From the NCBI GenBank assembly GCA_963665975.1, contig OY762508.1, positions 916,585 through 980,584 of the forward strand: DNA of 64,000 nucleotides, written 5' to 3'. Each line of letters opens with the position of its first letter. Within the stretch, counting starts at the first letter, position 1. A program made the position numbers and the translations under genes. Source of the DNA: Rhodothermales bacterium. Lineage in GTDB: Bacteria > Bacteroidota > Rhodothermia > Rhodothermales > Bin80. This document shows positions 26,805 to 34,835 of the stretch, in pieces. The notes under the pieces are model-generated. The model was not told the DNA's origin. It saw nothing but the letters and a program-made list of their open reading frames with translations, and searched no databases.

Positions 26805-28130
26805 ATGACATTCTACTTGAGTGTGCTGTTGTTGGGCTTGAGCTTCGTATCTGCCTGTCAAGATCGTGCCGACAAGCCCGATGGGCCCAAACATGCGGAA
26901 ATCAGGCAAATCGATGGCCGCTATCAACTCCTGCGAGAGGGCATGCCCTTCTATATCCATGGGGCTGGTCTTGAATTCGGGGACATAGAATCACTCGCCC
27001 GGCACGGCGCTAATTCCTTCCGTACGTGGCGCACGGATAATGGGCGTGACACTGGCATGGAAGTGCTTGACCGGGCGCACGCCAACGGTCTCGCCGTCAC
27101 GATGGGACTGGAAATCGCTCGTGAACGCCCCGGCCAGGGACGTGGCGTGTTCGGCTTCGACTATGATGATGAAGCTGCCGTGGCCGAGCAACTCGCCGCG
27201 GTGCGCGAGGAAGTCCTCAAGTACAAGGATCATCCGGCGCTTCTAATCTGGGGCATCGGAAACGAACTGAACCTTGGCGCCACCAACCCGCGGGTGTGGA
27301 ATGCAGTGAACGAGATATCCGAAATGATCCATGAGCTGGATCCAAACCACCTGACTACCACCATGCTCGCCGGCATCGGCCCGGAAACGGTGCGAGATAT
27401 CAAGGAGCGTGCGCCGGATCTGGACCTGCTCAGCATCCAGATGTACGCCGATATCGTCAACCTTCCGCGGTATATCAAGGAAGCAGGATGGGATGGACCG
27501 TACATGGTCACCGAATGGGGAGCTACCGGCCACTGGGAAGTCTCCAACACTTCCTGGGGTGCTCCTATCGAAAACAATTCCACGGTAAAGGCAGACTATT
27601 ACCGGCTGCGGTATATGGAGGCCATCGCTTCAGACACCACACAGTGCGTAGGATCGTACGTGTTCCTGTGGGGCCAAAAGCAGGAGCGCACCCCGACCTG
27701 GTATGGCCTGTTTCTGGAGTCTGGCGAAAAGACAGAGACCGTGGACGTCATGTACAATATTTGGAATGAAACCTGGCCAGACAACCGCGCGCCGAAGCTG
27801 ATGGCAGCTACGCTGAACGGCATGAGCGCAACCGACAATATCATGCTGGAGCCTGGGCGGGTATACAGCGCTTCGGTGCAGACCAGCGATCCTGACAACG
27901 ATGTGCTGACCTACCACTGGGAGATCAAGGCGGAGAGCACCGACCTCGGGGAGGGTGGTGACGAAGAATCAACGCCCCCCAGCCTGACTGATGTCATAGA
28001 GAATCCAACCGAGGCGGAAATCACACTCGCGGCCCCGAATACTCCTGGCGCCTATCGACTATTCGTGTACGCGTTTGACGGCAACGGCGGTGCGGCACAC
28101 GCAAACATTCCGCTGTACGTGAACAAATGA
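26805..28130 (+). CDS. clan GH-A (beta/alpha)8 glycoside hydrolase lipoprotein with a C-terminal Ig-like domain; candidate endo-beta-1,3-glucanase (GH158-like, tentative)
   Basis: Lipobox FVSAC. GIGNELN supplies the acid/base Glu at aa 154 and VTEWG the nucleophile Glu at aa 237, a clan GH-A arrangement. A ~100-aa beta-rich tail follows. The family assignment is from memory and locus context only. Confidence 0.55.
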   Translation: MTFYLSVLLLGLSFVSACQDRADKPDGPKHAEIRQIDGRYQLLREGMPFYIHGAGLEFGDIESLARHGANSFRTWRTDNGRDTGMEVLDRAHANGLAVTMGLEIARERPGQGRGVFGFDYDDEAAVAEQLAAVREEVLKYKDHPALLIWGIGNELNLGATNPRVWNAVNEISEMIHELDPNHLTTTMLAGIGPETVRDIKERAPDLDLLSIQMYADIVNLPRYIKEAGWDGPYMVTEWGATGHWEVSNTSWGAPIENNSTVKADYYRLRYMEAIASDTTQCVGSYVFLWGQKQERTPTWYGLFLESGEKTETVDVMYNIWNETWPDNRAPKLMAATLNGMSATDNIMLEPGRVYSASVQTSDPDNDVLTYHWEIKAESTDLGEGGDEESTPPSLTDVIENPTEAEITLAAPNTPGAYRLFVYAFDGNGGAAHANIPLYVNK

Positions 28131-31100
28131 TGCCGATCGCGCCATCTTCCATTCGTGTCGGACTTGCGGAATTAAAGACGGTCTCTGGTGGCTCTGCCGG
28201 GGAATTCGTCGAACGTCAGGGCGAAGAATTCTATCGCATTGCGGACTACGACCGCATGCGTGCCTTTTTCTTTACCCTGGTCAGCGATTCCGACCACTGG
28301 ATGTTCCTGTCCACGAACGGGTCGCTCACAGCAGGGCGGCGCAATCCCGAGCATGCGCTGTTTCCATACTATACCGATGACAAGATTGAAGACGGCCAAG
28401 GACGGACGGGAAGCGCAACCATCGTCCTGGCCCAGCGTGGTGGGAAGACGTTCTTGTGGGAACCCTTCTCGGATCGATACCAGGGACTGTATGCTCTCCA
28501 GCGCAACCTCTACAAGAGCATCGTCGGCAATGCCGTACTGTTCGAGGAAACCAACCACGATCTCGGGCTCACCTTCAGTTATGGGTGGCGCACCAGCGAC
28601 ACATACGGCTTCGTCAAACAAAGTGAATTTCGCAACTTCGGCAATGCGGCAATAACCGTCCACATCCTTGATGGCATCCGCAACCTGCTACCGCACGGCG
28701 TGACACGGTCTTTGCAGACCCAACGCAGTACCCTCGTAGATGCCTACAAGAAGAGCGAACTGGACCTGGATACCGGTCTTGGCATCTATACGCTGAGCTC
28801 GATAGTGGTTGACCGGCCGGAGCCCAGCGAGGCACTCAAGGCAACAACGGTCTGGTCTGCTGGCGTAGACGTGCGCACGTACCTGGTTTCTTCGTTGCAG
28901 GTGGATCGTTTTCGGCGTGGGCGTCCCCTTGTTACCGAATCGGATGTGCGCGCGGAGCGCGGCGGCTACTATATAGAGGCTGAATTTTGCCTTGCTCCGG
29001 AGGAAGAAGCGTCCTGGGTCACGGTAGCAGAGATCGATCAAGGGCCTGATGACGTTACTGCACTGCTGCACGGATTACGGGACAAGAATGCCCTGAGGGC
29101 GGATGTGCAGCGAAACGTGGCCGACGGCACCGTTACGCTGCGGCGCATCATAGCGCATGCAGACGGATTGCAGTGCACAGCCGATCGCCTCAGCACCGCT
29201 CGGCACATGGCTAATACGCTGTTCAACGTGATGCGGGGCGGAATCTTTGAGCACAACTACGTGGTGCGCACCGAAGATTTCAGCAACTTTGTGCGCGGCC
29301 GCAACCAATCGATTTTCGCACAGCAGCACACATTGTTGGCAGCACTCGCCGCCGAAGTGTCCGTGCAGCACTTGATCGGCATCGCGCAGGCAGGCACGGA
29401 TCGGCAACTGGAGCGGCTTTCCTATGAATACTTGCCTCTGATGTTCAGCCGGCGGCACGGCGACCCGAGTCGGCCCTGGAATCAATTCTCTATTGAGACC
29501 AGAAAACAGGACGGCAGCCGCAACCTCTACTACGAGGGCAACTGGCGGGACATCTTCCAGAACTGGGAAGCGCTCGGATTGTCCTTCCCAGGGTTTATCG
29601 AGAGTATGATCTGTGTATTCGTCAATGCCTCAACCGCGGACGGGTACAACCCCTATCGGATCACTCGGGAAGGAATTGACTGGGAAGTCAGCGACCCGGA
29701 CGATCCATGGTCCCATATCGGATACTGGGGCGATCACCAGATCATATACCTTTTGAAGCTCCTGGAAATCGCCCGTGACCACCACCCCGGTGCTCTGGAG
29801 ACACTCCTTCACCGGCGCATCTTCTCGTACGCCCATGTACCGTATCGCATCAAGGCATATAAAGACCTGCTCGCGAATCCCCACGACACGATTGTGTTCG
29901 ATCATGCGCTGAACGCAGTAATAGCCGAGCGCGTCCGTTCCATGGGCGCGGACGGAAAATTGCTACCGCGGCGCGATGGGACCGTCTATCTGGTCACGCT
30001 CGCTGAAAAGCTGCTGGTGACGGTTCTGGCCAAGCTTACCAATCTCGTTCCGGAGGCAGGCATATGGATGAACACCCAGCGACCGGAATGGAACGACGCC
30101 AATAACGCCCTCGTCGGATATGGCGTCTCTATGGTGACATTGTATTACCTGCGCCGATTCCTTGCCGTCTGCGCCAGCCTCTTCGGTGGTTCCCGGCGGG
30201 ATGTAATGGTTTCAGAAGAAGTGGCGACTCTCTTTGTGGCCGTGGCGCAAGCGATCACAACCTATGAGCGGACGGTATCTAACCCGGACAGAAAGGCCAT
30301 ACTCGACGCGTTGGGGAGCGCCGGAAGCGTTTATCGGCAGACGATCTATACAGACGGGTTTTCCGAAAAAACAAATCACATTTCGAATGCGGACCTGCAG
30401 ACCCTGTTCGGGCGCGCGCTTACATGCATCGATCATACGATTCGGGTCAACAAGCGGCGCGACCGGCTATTCCATGCTTACAATCTGATGTCTTTGCCTG
30501 CGCACGGAGGCCTGTCGATCCGCCACCTGTATGTAATGCTGGAGGGGCAGGTGGCCGCACTCAGTTCTGGCTGCCTGTCTGCAGAGGAATCTCTGGCCAT
30601 CTTGACGGCGTTGCGCGAGAGCGCACTGTTCCGACAGGACCAGTATAGCTATCTCCTGTATCCGGACCGAGAGCTCGCCCGTTTCGTGGACAAGAACAAC
30701 ATTCCGGACGAGGCCTACAAGACGTCACCCCTGCTGCAGGCGCTCACCAGCGCAGGCGACACCACGCTGGTGGTGCAAGACGTACTGGGCAGGTGTCACT
30801 TTAACGGAAGCTTTCGCAACGCCAGCGATGTGCAACGGGCGCTGGACACGATCAGCGCAGCCGGCTACAATGCCGCCGTTGATCAGGAAGGCTCCCGCAT
30901 TCTGGATTTGTTTGAGGAGCTGTTCGATCACCGGTCCTATACGGGGCGCTCCGGCACGTTTTTCGGCTACGAGGGGTTGGGCTGCATCTACTGGCACATG
31001 GTGTCGAAGCTGCTCGTCGCCGTCAAGGAGTGCTGCCAAAAGGCCGCGGAAGATGCAGCAGACCCCCGAATAATCCGCGCCCTGGCAGACTGCTACTACG

Positions 31101-31582
31101 ATGTCCGAAAGGGGCTGGGCCTCCACAAGACGCCGGATACATACGGCGCCTTCCCAACCGACCCGTATTCTCACACTCCCGGGCACGGGCGTGCGCAGCA
31201 ACCCGGCATGACCGGGCAGGTAAAGGAAGACATTATTGCCCGATGGGGTGAGTTGGGAGTGGTGGTCTCCGGCGGTTGCATCACATTCCATCCGCTGCTG
31301 CTCAGACGTGAGGAATTCCTGCCAGCCCCCGTGACATTCGCCTATCATGATGTAGAAGGACGGGCGCGGGCGCTCCTGCTTGACGCAGGAACGTTGGCCT
31401 TCACGTACTGCTGCATCCCCATAGTCTATCACCTTGCAGATACCGCGTCAATTCGTGTTTCATCGAAAGAGGCCACACAGACAATTGAGGGCCTCAGGCT
31501 CGACCGGAGAACCAGTAGCAGCATTTTTGATCGTGCCGGAGCCGTGCACCGCCTGGATGTTTCGATAGTGAACAAGCTATAG
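28127..31582 (+). CDS. large cytoplasmic glycoside-phosphorylase-like protein (GH94-clan motifs; candidate GH149/GH161-type beta-1,3-glucan phosphorylase)
   Basis: 1151 aa with no signal peptide. Its start overlaps the upstream stop in ATGA. Motifs are RRHGDPSRPWNQF, NWRDIFQNWEAL, GYWGDHQIIY and RPEWNDANNALVGYG (resembling the DWND acid motif of GH94). The gene itself is certain; the product call is tentative. Confidence 0.5.
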   Translation: MMPIAPSSIRVGLAELKTVSGGSAGEFVERQGEEFYRIADYDRMRAFFFTLVSDSDHWMFLSTNGSLTAGRRNPEHALFPYYTDDKIEDGQGRTGSATIVLAQRGGKTFLWEPFSDRYQGLYALQRNLYKSIVGNAVLFEETNHDLGLTFSYGWRTSDTYGFVKQSEFRNFGNAAITVHILDGIRNLLPHGVTRSLQTQRSTLVDAYKKSELDLDTGLGIYTLSSIVVDRPEPSEALKATTVWSAGVDVRTYLVSSLQVDRFRRGRPLVTESDVRAERGGYYIEAEFCLAPEEEASWVTVAEIDQGPDDVTALLHGLRDKNALRADVQRNVADGTVTLRRIIAHADGLQCTADRLSTARHMANTLFNVMRGGIFEHNYVVRTEDFSNFVRGRNQSIFAQQHTLLAALAAEVSVQHLIGIAQAGTDRQLERLSYEYLPLMFSRRHGDPSRPWNQFSIETRKQDGSRNLYYEGNWRDIFQNWEALGLSFPGFIESMICVFVNASTADGYNPYRITREGIDWEVSDPDDPWSHIGYWGDHQIIYLLKLLEIARDHHPGALETLLHRRIFSYAHVPYRIKAYKDLLANPHDTIVFDHALNAVIAERVRSMGADGKLLPRRDGTVYLVTLAEKLLVTVLAKLTNLVPEAGIWMNTQRPEWNDANNALVGYGVSMVTLYYLRRFLAVCASLFGGSRRDVMVSEEVATLFVAVAQAITTYERTVSNPDRKAILDALGSAGSVYRQTIYTDGFSEKTNHISNADLQTLFGRALTCIDHTIRVNKRRDRLFHAYNLMSLPAHGGLSIRHLYVMLEGQVAALSSGCLSAEESLAILTALRESALFRQDQYSYLLYPDRELARFVDKNNIPDEAYKTSPLLQALTSAGDTTLVVQDVLGRCHFNGSFRNASDVQRALDTISAAGYNAAVDQEGSRILDLFEELFDHRSYTGRSGTFFGYEGLGCIYWHMVSKLLVAVKECCQKAAEDAADPRIIRALADCYYDVRKGLGLHKTPDTYGAFPTDPYSHTPGHGRAQQPGMTGQVKEDIIARWGELGVVVSGGCITFHPLLLRREEFLPAPVTFAYHDVEGRARALLLDAGTLAFTYCCIPIVYHLADTASIRVSSKEATQTIEGLRLDRRTSSSIFDRAGAVHRLDVSIVNKL

Positions 31583-31679
31583 CCCAACCGGGCCGCGCCG
31601 TGGTCCCAACCGCATGTCATGCTCAGCTGGCAGCACCGCCATGAATTATTATTGAAACCGATTCCAGGAATTATGTATT

Positions 31680-31868
31680 ATGATCATATGCACGCATGTC
31701 GCCGAGTCGTCGGGATTAAATGCCCAACCTTTGGGATCCGGATCCAGAGTGCATAGCGTGCGTTTCGATGCCTCCGGGGCTCTCCTGTGGCCTCTTGCGT
31801 GCGTGTACCTGTACCGAATCGAAGCGGGGACCGCCCTCACGGAGGTGCGGCGTATGCTCCTGGTGAAA
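31680..31868 (+). pseudogene. orphan 3' relic of a T9SS-secreted protein gene (degenerate Por C-terminal sorting domain only)
   Basis: Translation ...THVAESSGLNAQPLGSGSRVHSVRFDASGALLWPLACVYLYRIEAGTALTEVRRMLLVK matches the last strands of T9SS CTDs (..aG.H.v.FDASgl.sGvYlYRl.AG.f..trkMlLvK). There is no upstream catalytic part, and the usual stop after LVK is lost. Confidence 0.5.
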
Positions 31869-31989
31869 CAGCAGGCTTGCCCATGTGCGAAAAGCACTGT
31901 TTCGATAGGCGTGCCCGCGCCTCCGAAACGATGCTTTTCTGCATGCAGGCGCTCTGGCAATACGCACGAGTCCACGCCCAACATGTCTC

Positions 31990-32076
31990 TGGTACCGGGA
32001 GCGGGACTCGAACCCGCACGGCCCTAAGGCCAACGGATTTTAAGTCCGTTGCGTCTACCAATTCCGCCATCCCGGC
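31990..32076 (-). tRNA. tRNA-Leu (anticodon UAA), long variable arm, CCA encoded
   Basis: Reverse complement reads GCCGGGATGGCGGAATTGGTAGACGCAACGGACTTAAAATCCGTTGGCCTTAGGGCCGTGCGGGTTCGAGTCCCGCTCCCGGTACCA. It has a CTTAAAA anticodon loop, a class II variable arm and a GGTTCGAGTCC T-arm. Confidence 0.93.
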
Positions 32077-32141
32077 GCGGCTATACCCGCCGTACGCCCC
32101 GGAGCATAGCGGCGTTCCAGTACGCCACGCTTGACAAACCT

Positions 32142-32921
32142 ATGGCGGACCCGCTGAATATATTGAGGGAGAAAGCCCGCCAGGCTTCCAGCCGTGCCCA
32201 TGCCCCCTATTCCAGGCAGGCGACCGGCGCCGCCCTCCTTCTGTCGGATGGCCATTGGGTGGCCGGCGTACGTACGGAGAGTGTTTCGTATTCGCTGGTC
32301 ATACCGGCACTGGTGGCGGCATGCGCGACGGCAGTTTCTTTGGGACGCACCGATGCGGTGGCCGTTGCGCTGAGTCGCGCGCTCAGACCCGAGGATATCA
32401 GCTACATGCGGGCGTCGCCATTCGGTAGTCTGGAACAGAATGGAGTAGACACATTCATCCGGTCAGAGCCCCTACCTGCACCAGAGTGTCGATTGGATCC
32501 ACTGCTTGAGTGCTCGCAAGTTATCTCACCCGAAACCGCCATACCACTAACCCGCTCCGTCGCGCGCCGGGCATTCGCCCCTGACTCGCAGTTTCCGGTC
32601 GGATGCATTGTGAGGACGCAGCAGGGAGAGTTAATTCCCGGAGTAAACGTCGAGCACATAGACTGGTCACGCTCGTTGTGCGCGGAGCGAAACGCCCTCG
32701 CGGCAGCGATCGGTCATGGGGCAGGTGGCATTACCGATGTGTATGTCAGCTGCCTGAACGATCCTGATGGATCGCCGTGCGGAGCATGCCGGCAGCTACT
32801 GGTGGAACTGGCGCCGATGGCAACCATTTGGCTGGATCGCGGACCAGCGCCGCCAGAGCGCACGACGCCCGCGTTACTGCTGCCTGGCGCATTTCGTGGA
32901 AAAGGGCTTGGTGGCCCGTAA
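32142..32921 (+). CDS. cdd: cytidine deaminase, two-domain type (degenerate N-terminal CDA-fold domain plus catalytic C-terminal domain)
   Basis: The C-terminal half has CAERNA (zinc/catalytic Glu) and PCGACRQ. The N-terminal half keeps the PYS...GAALL...G...G...E pattern but lacks both zinc motifs. Confidence 0.8.
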   Translation: MADPLNILREKARQASSRAHAPYSRQATGAALLLSDGHWVAGVRTESVSYSLVIPALVAACATAVSLGRTDAVAVALSRALRPEDISYMRASPFGSLEQNGVDTFIRSEPLPAPECRLDPLLECSQVISPETAIPLTRSVARRAFAPDSQFPVGCIVRTQQGELIPGVNVEHIDWSRSLCAERNALAAAIGHGAGGITDVYVSCLNDPDGSPCGACRQLLVELAPMATIWLDRGPAPPERTTPALLLPGAFRGKGLGGP

Positions 32922-33078
32922 TTACTGCCCTCCAATCCGTCCTGTCACATTGGCGAACGAAGTGGGCATCCTATCGTTTACTGCTCAGGGTACCACAGCC
33001 TTGGCACGGGCACCTCATGCTTCCTTATGCAAGTGCGGGCATTAGGCAATCCTTTCAAATAACCCCTGCATACAAGCT

Positions 33079-34806
33079 ATGAGACGTATTCACTTCAGCA
33101 TGGGAGCCGTCCTGCTCTTCTGCCTCTTCGCTGCGCCCACGCAGGCACAGGACAATTCATCCGCAAGTGCCAAGACATGGATATTCCTGACCGATAAGTT
33201 AGACGCAGCGGGCAAGACTACGGTAGCCCAAGCCGGATATGTCACAGATCGTGCCCGGCAGCGGCGACTAAAGCGCGGATCTTGGACCTCTCCGAGTTTG
33301 GATGCTCCTGTTTCACCAGCCTATCGGCAGCAACTCGAAAATCTTGGCATCACCACGCTCCATGAGAGCCGATGGTTAAATGCCGTCACGGCCCAACTGA
33401 CTCCGGAGCAGACGGAACTGGTTGCCGCTCTCCCTTTCGTGCGCGACCTGAAACCCGTTGCGATGCTCTCCTCAGTTGCCAATGCGCCTGCAATGCCCCT
33501 GGTCAGAGTGCTGCCCGCACCGCAACGTACGCACACCGGCCGCCTCCGTCTGGATTACGGTCCATCGCGCACGCAATTGGAACTGATCAATGCCATTCCT
33601 GCACTGGAGCGCGGCATCAACGGCTCGGGAGTGGTGATCGGCTTTGTTGATACCCGGTTCGATGACCTTTCCGAACGCCCATTTGGACATCAATCTCTTG
33701 TCCACCTCGCAGACAGCGGTCGCGTAACGATGCGCGACTTCACGCTCGCGGATCAGGCAGACACAGGCACCACCCAGAGCAACCGGCACGGGGTATCAGT
33801 CGCGTCCGTAGCAGTCGGATTTGAGCCGGGAGACCTTATTGGTCCAGGCTACGGTGTTGCAGAGGTGTTCGCCGCCATCACGGAATTCGCCCCATTCGAG
33901 CGTAACGTGGAGGAAGACAACTTCGTGGCCGGCCTTGAGTGGCTGGAATCCGAGGGCGTAGATGTCGTGAACTCATCCTTAGGATACAGCACGTTCGACT
34001 CCGGTCAGCGCAGTTACACCACAGCCGACATGGACGGAGATACGGGCCTTACAACCATCGCATGCGATCTTGCTGTGCAGATGGGCGTCGTGGTCGTGTC
34101 CAGTGCCGGCAATTCGGGCAATGGCAGTTGGGGCATTATTACGACGCCAGCCGACGGCGACTCCGTATTGGCCGTTGGGGCGGTAAACGCCGGCGGCGGA
34201 TACGTTTCCTTCAGCAGCCGGGGTCCCACAGCGGACGGGCGCATAAAGCCCGACGTCTCGGCGATGGGCTCCGGGGTGTATCTGGCGCGGTCAGGCGGTG
34301 GTTATGGTCACTCTGGTGGAACTTCTTTTGCCAGCCCGATTGTGGCCGGAGTTGCGACGCAAATGCTCCAGGTTAACGAGGACCTGGAGCCATGGGATTT
34401 GATGGAAATTCTGCGCGGGACCGCAAGCCAGAAGGACAATCCAGACAACCGGCTTGGCTGGGGCATCATAGATGCCGACGCCGCAATTGCGGAGGCCGAG
34501 GGCTTGCGGACTGCTGCCGAGCGCGCCGGCGAACTTCCGGAACGGCTGCATGTCCGCTCTCCGTATCCAAATCCGTTTACCGGCACCGCACATTTTGATA
34601 TCGACATCCCGCATGCCAGCGATCATGTTCGCGTTACACTCTACAATATGCTCGGGCAACGCGTAGACGTACCCTTCGCCGGACCGATGTCAAGCGGAAC
34701 CCATACGGTGACGGTCAATGGAGCCTCCCTGTCGCCCGGACTGTATGTATTTACAATCGAAACCGGCGGTCGTGCGATTACCGGCAAGGTGACGCTGGTC
34801 CGATAG
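33079..34806 (+). CDS. S8 family serine peptidase (subtilisin-like) with a T9SS C-terminal sorting domain
   Basis: Signal peptide. Catalytic triad contexts GFVDTRF (Asp), NRHGVSVASV (His) and GGTSFASPIVAG (Ser). The C-terminus is YPNPFTGTAHFDI...LYNMLGQRV...GLYVFTIETGG...KVTLVR. Confidence 0.9.
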   Translation: MRRIHFSMGAVLLFCLFAAPTQAQDNSSASAKTWIFLTDKLDAAGKTTVAQAGYVTDRARQRRLKRGSWTSPSLDAPVSPAYRQQLENLGITTLHESRWLNAVTAQLTPEQTELVAALPFVRDLKPVAMLSSVANAPAMPLVRVLPAPQRTHTGRLRLDYGPSRTQLELINAIPALERGINGSGVVIGFVDTRFDDLSERPFGHQSLVHLADSGRVTMRDFTLADQADTGTTQSNRHGVSVASVAVGFEPGDLIGPGYGVAEVFAAITEFAPFERNVEEDNFVAGLEWLESEGVDVVNSSLGYSTFDSGQRSYTTADMDGDTGLTTIACDLAVQMGVVVVSSAGNSGNGSWGIITTPADGDSVLAVGAVNAGGGYVSFSSRGPTADGRIKPDVSAMGSGVYLARSGGGYGHSGGTSFASPIVAGVATQMLQVNEDLEPWDLMEILRGTASQKDNPDNRLGWGIIDADAAIAEAEGLRTAAERAGELPERLHVRSPYPNPFTGTAHFDIDIPHASDHVRVTLYNMLGQRVDVPFAGPMSSGTHTVTVNGASLSPGLYVFTIETGGRAITGKVTLVR

Positions 34807-34835
34807 GCCTACGGCGATAGAGACCCGCTTCGAAG

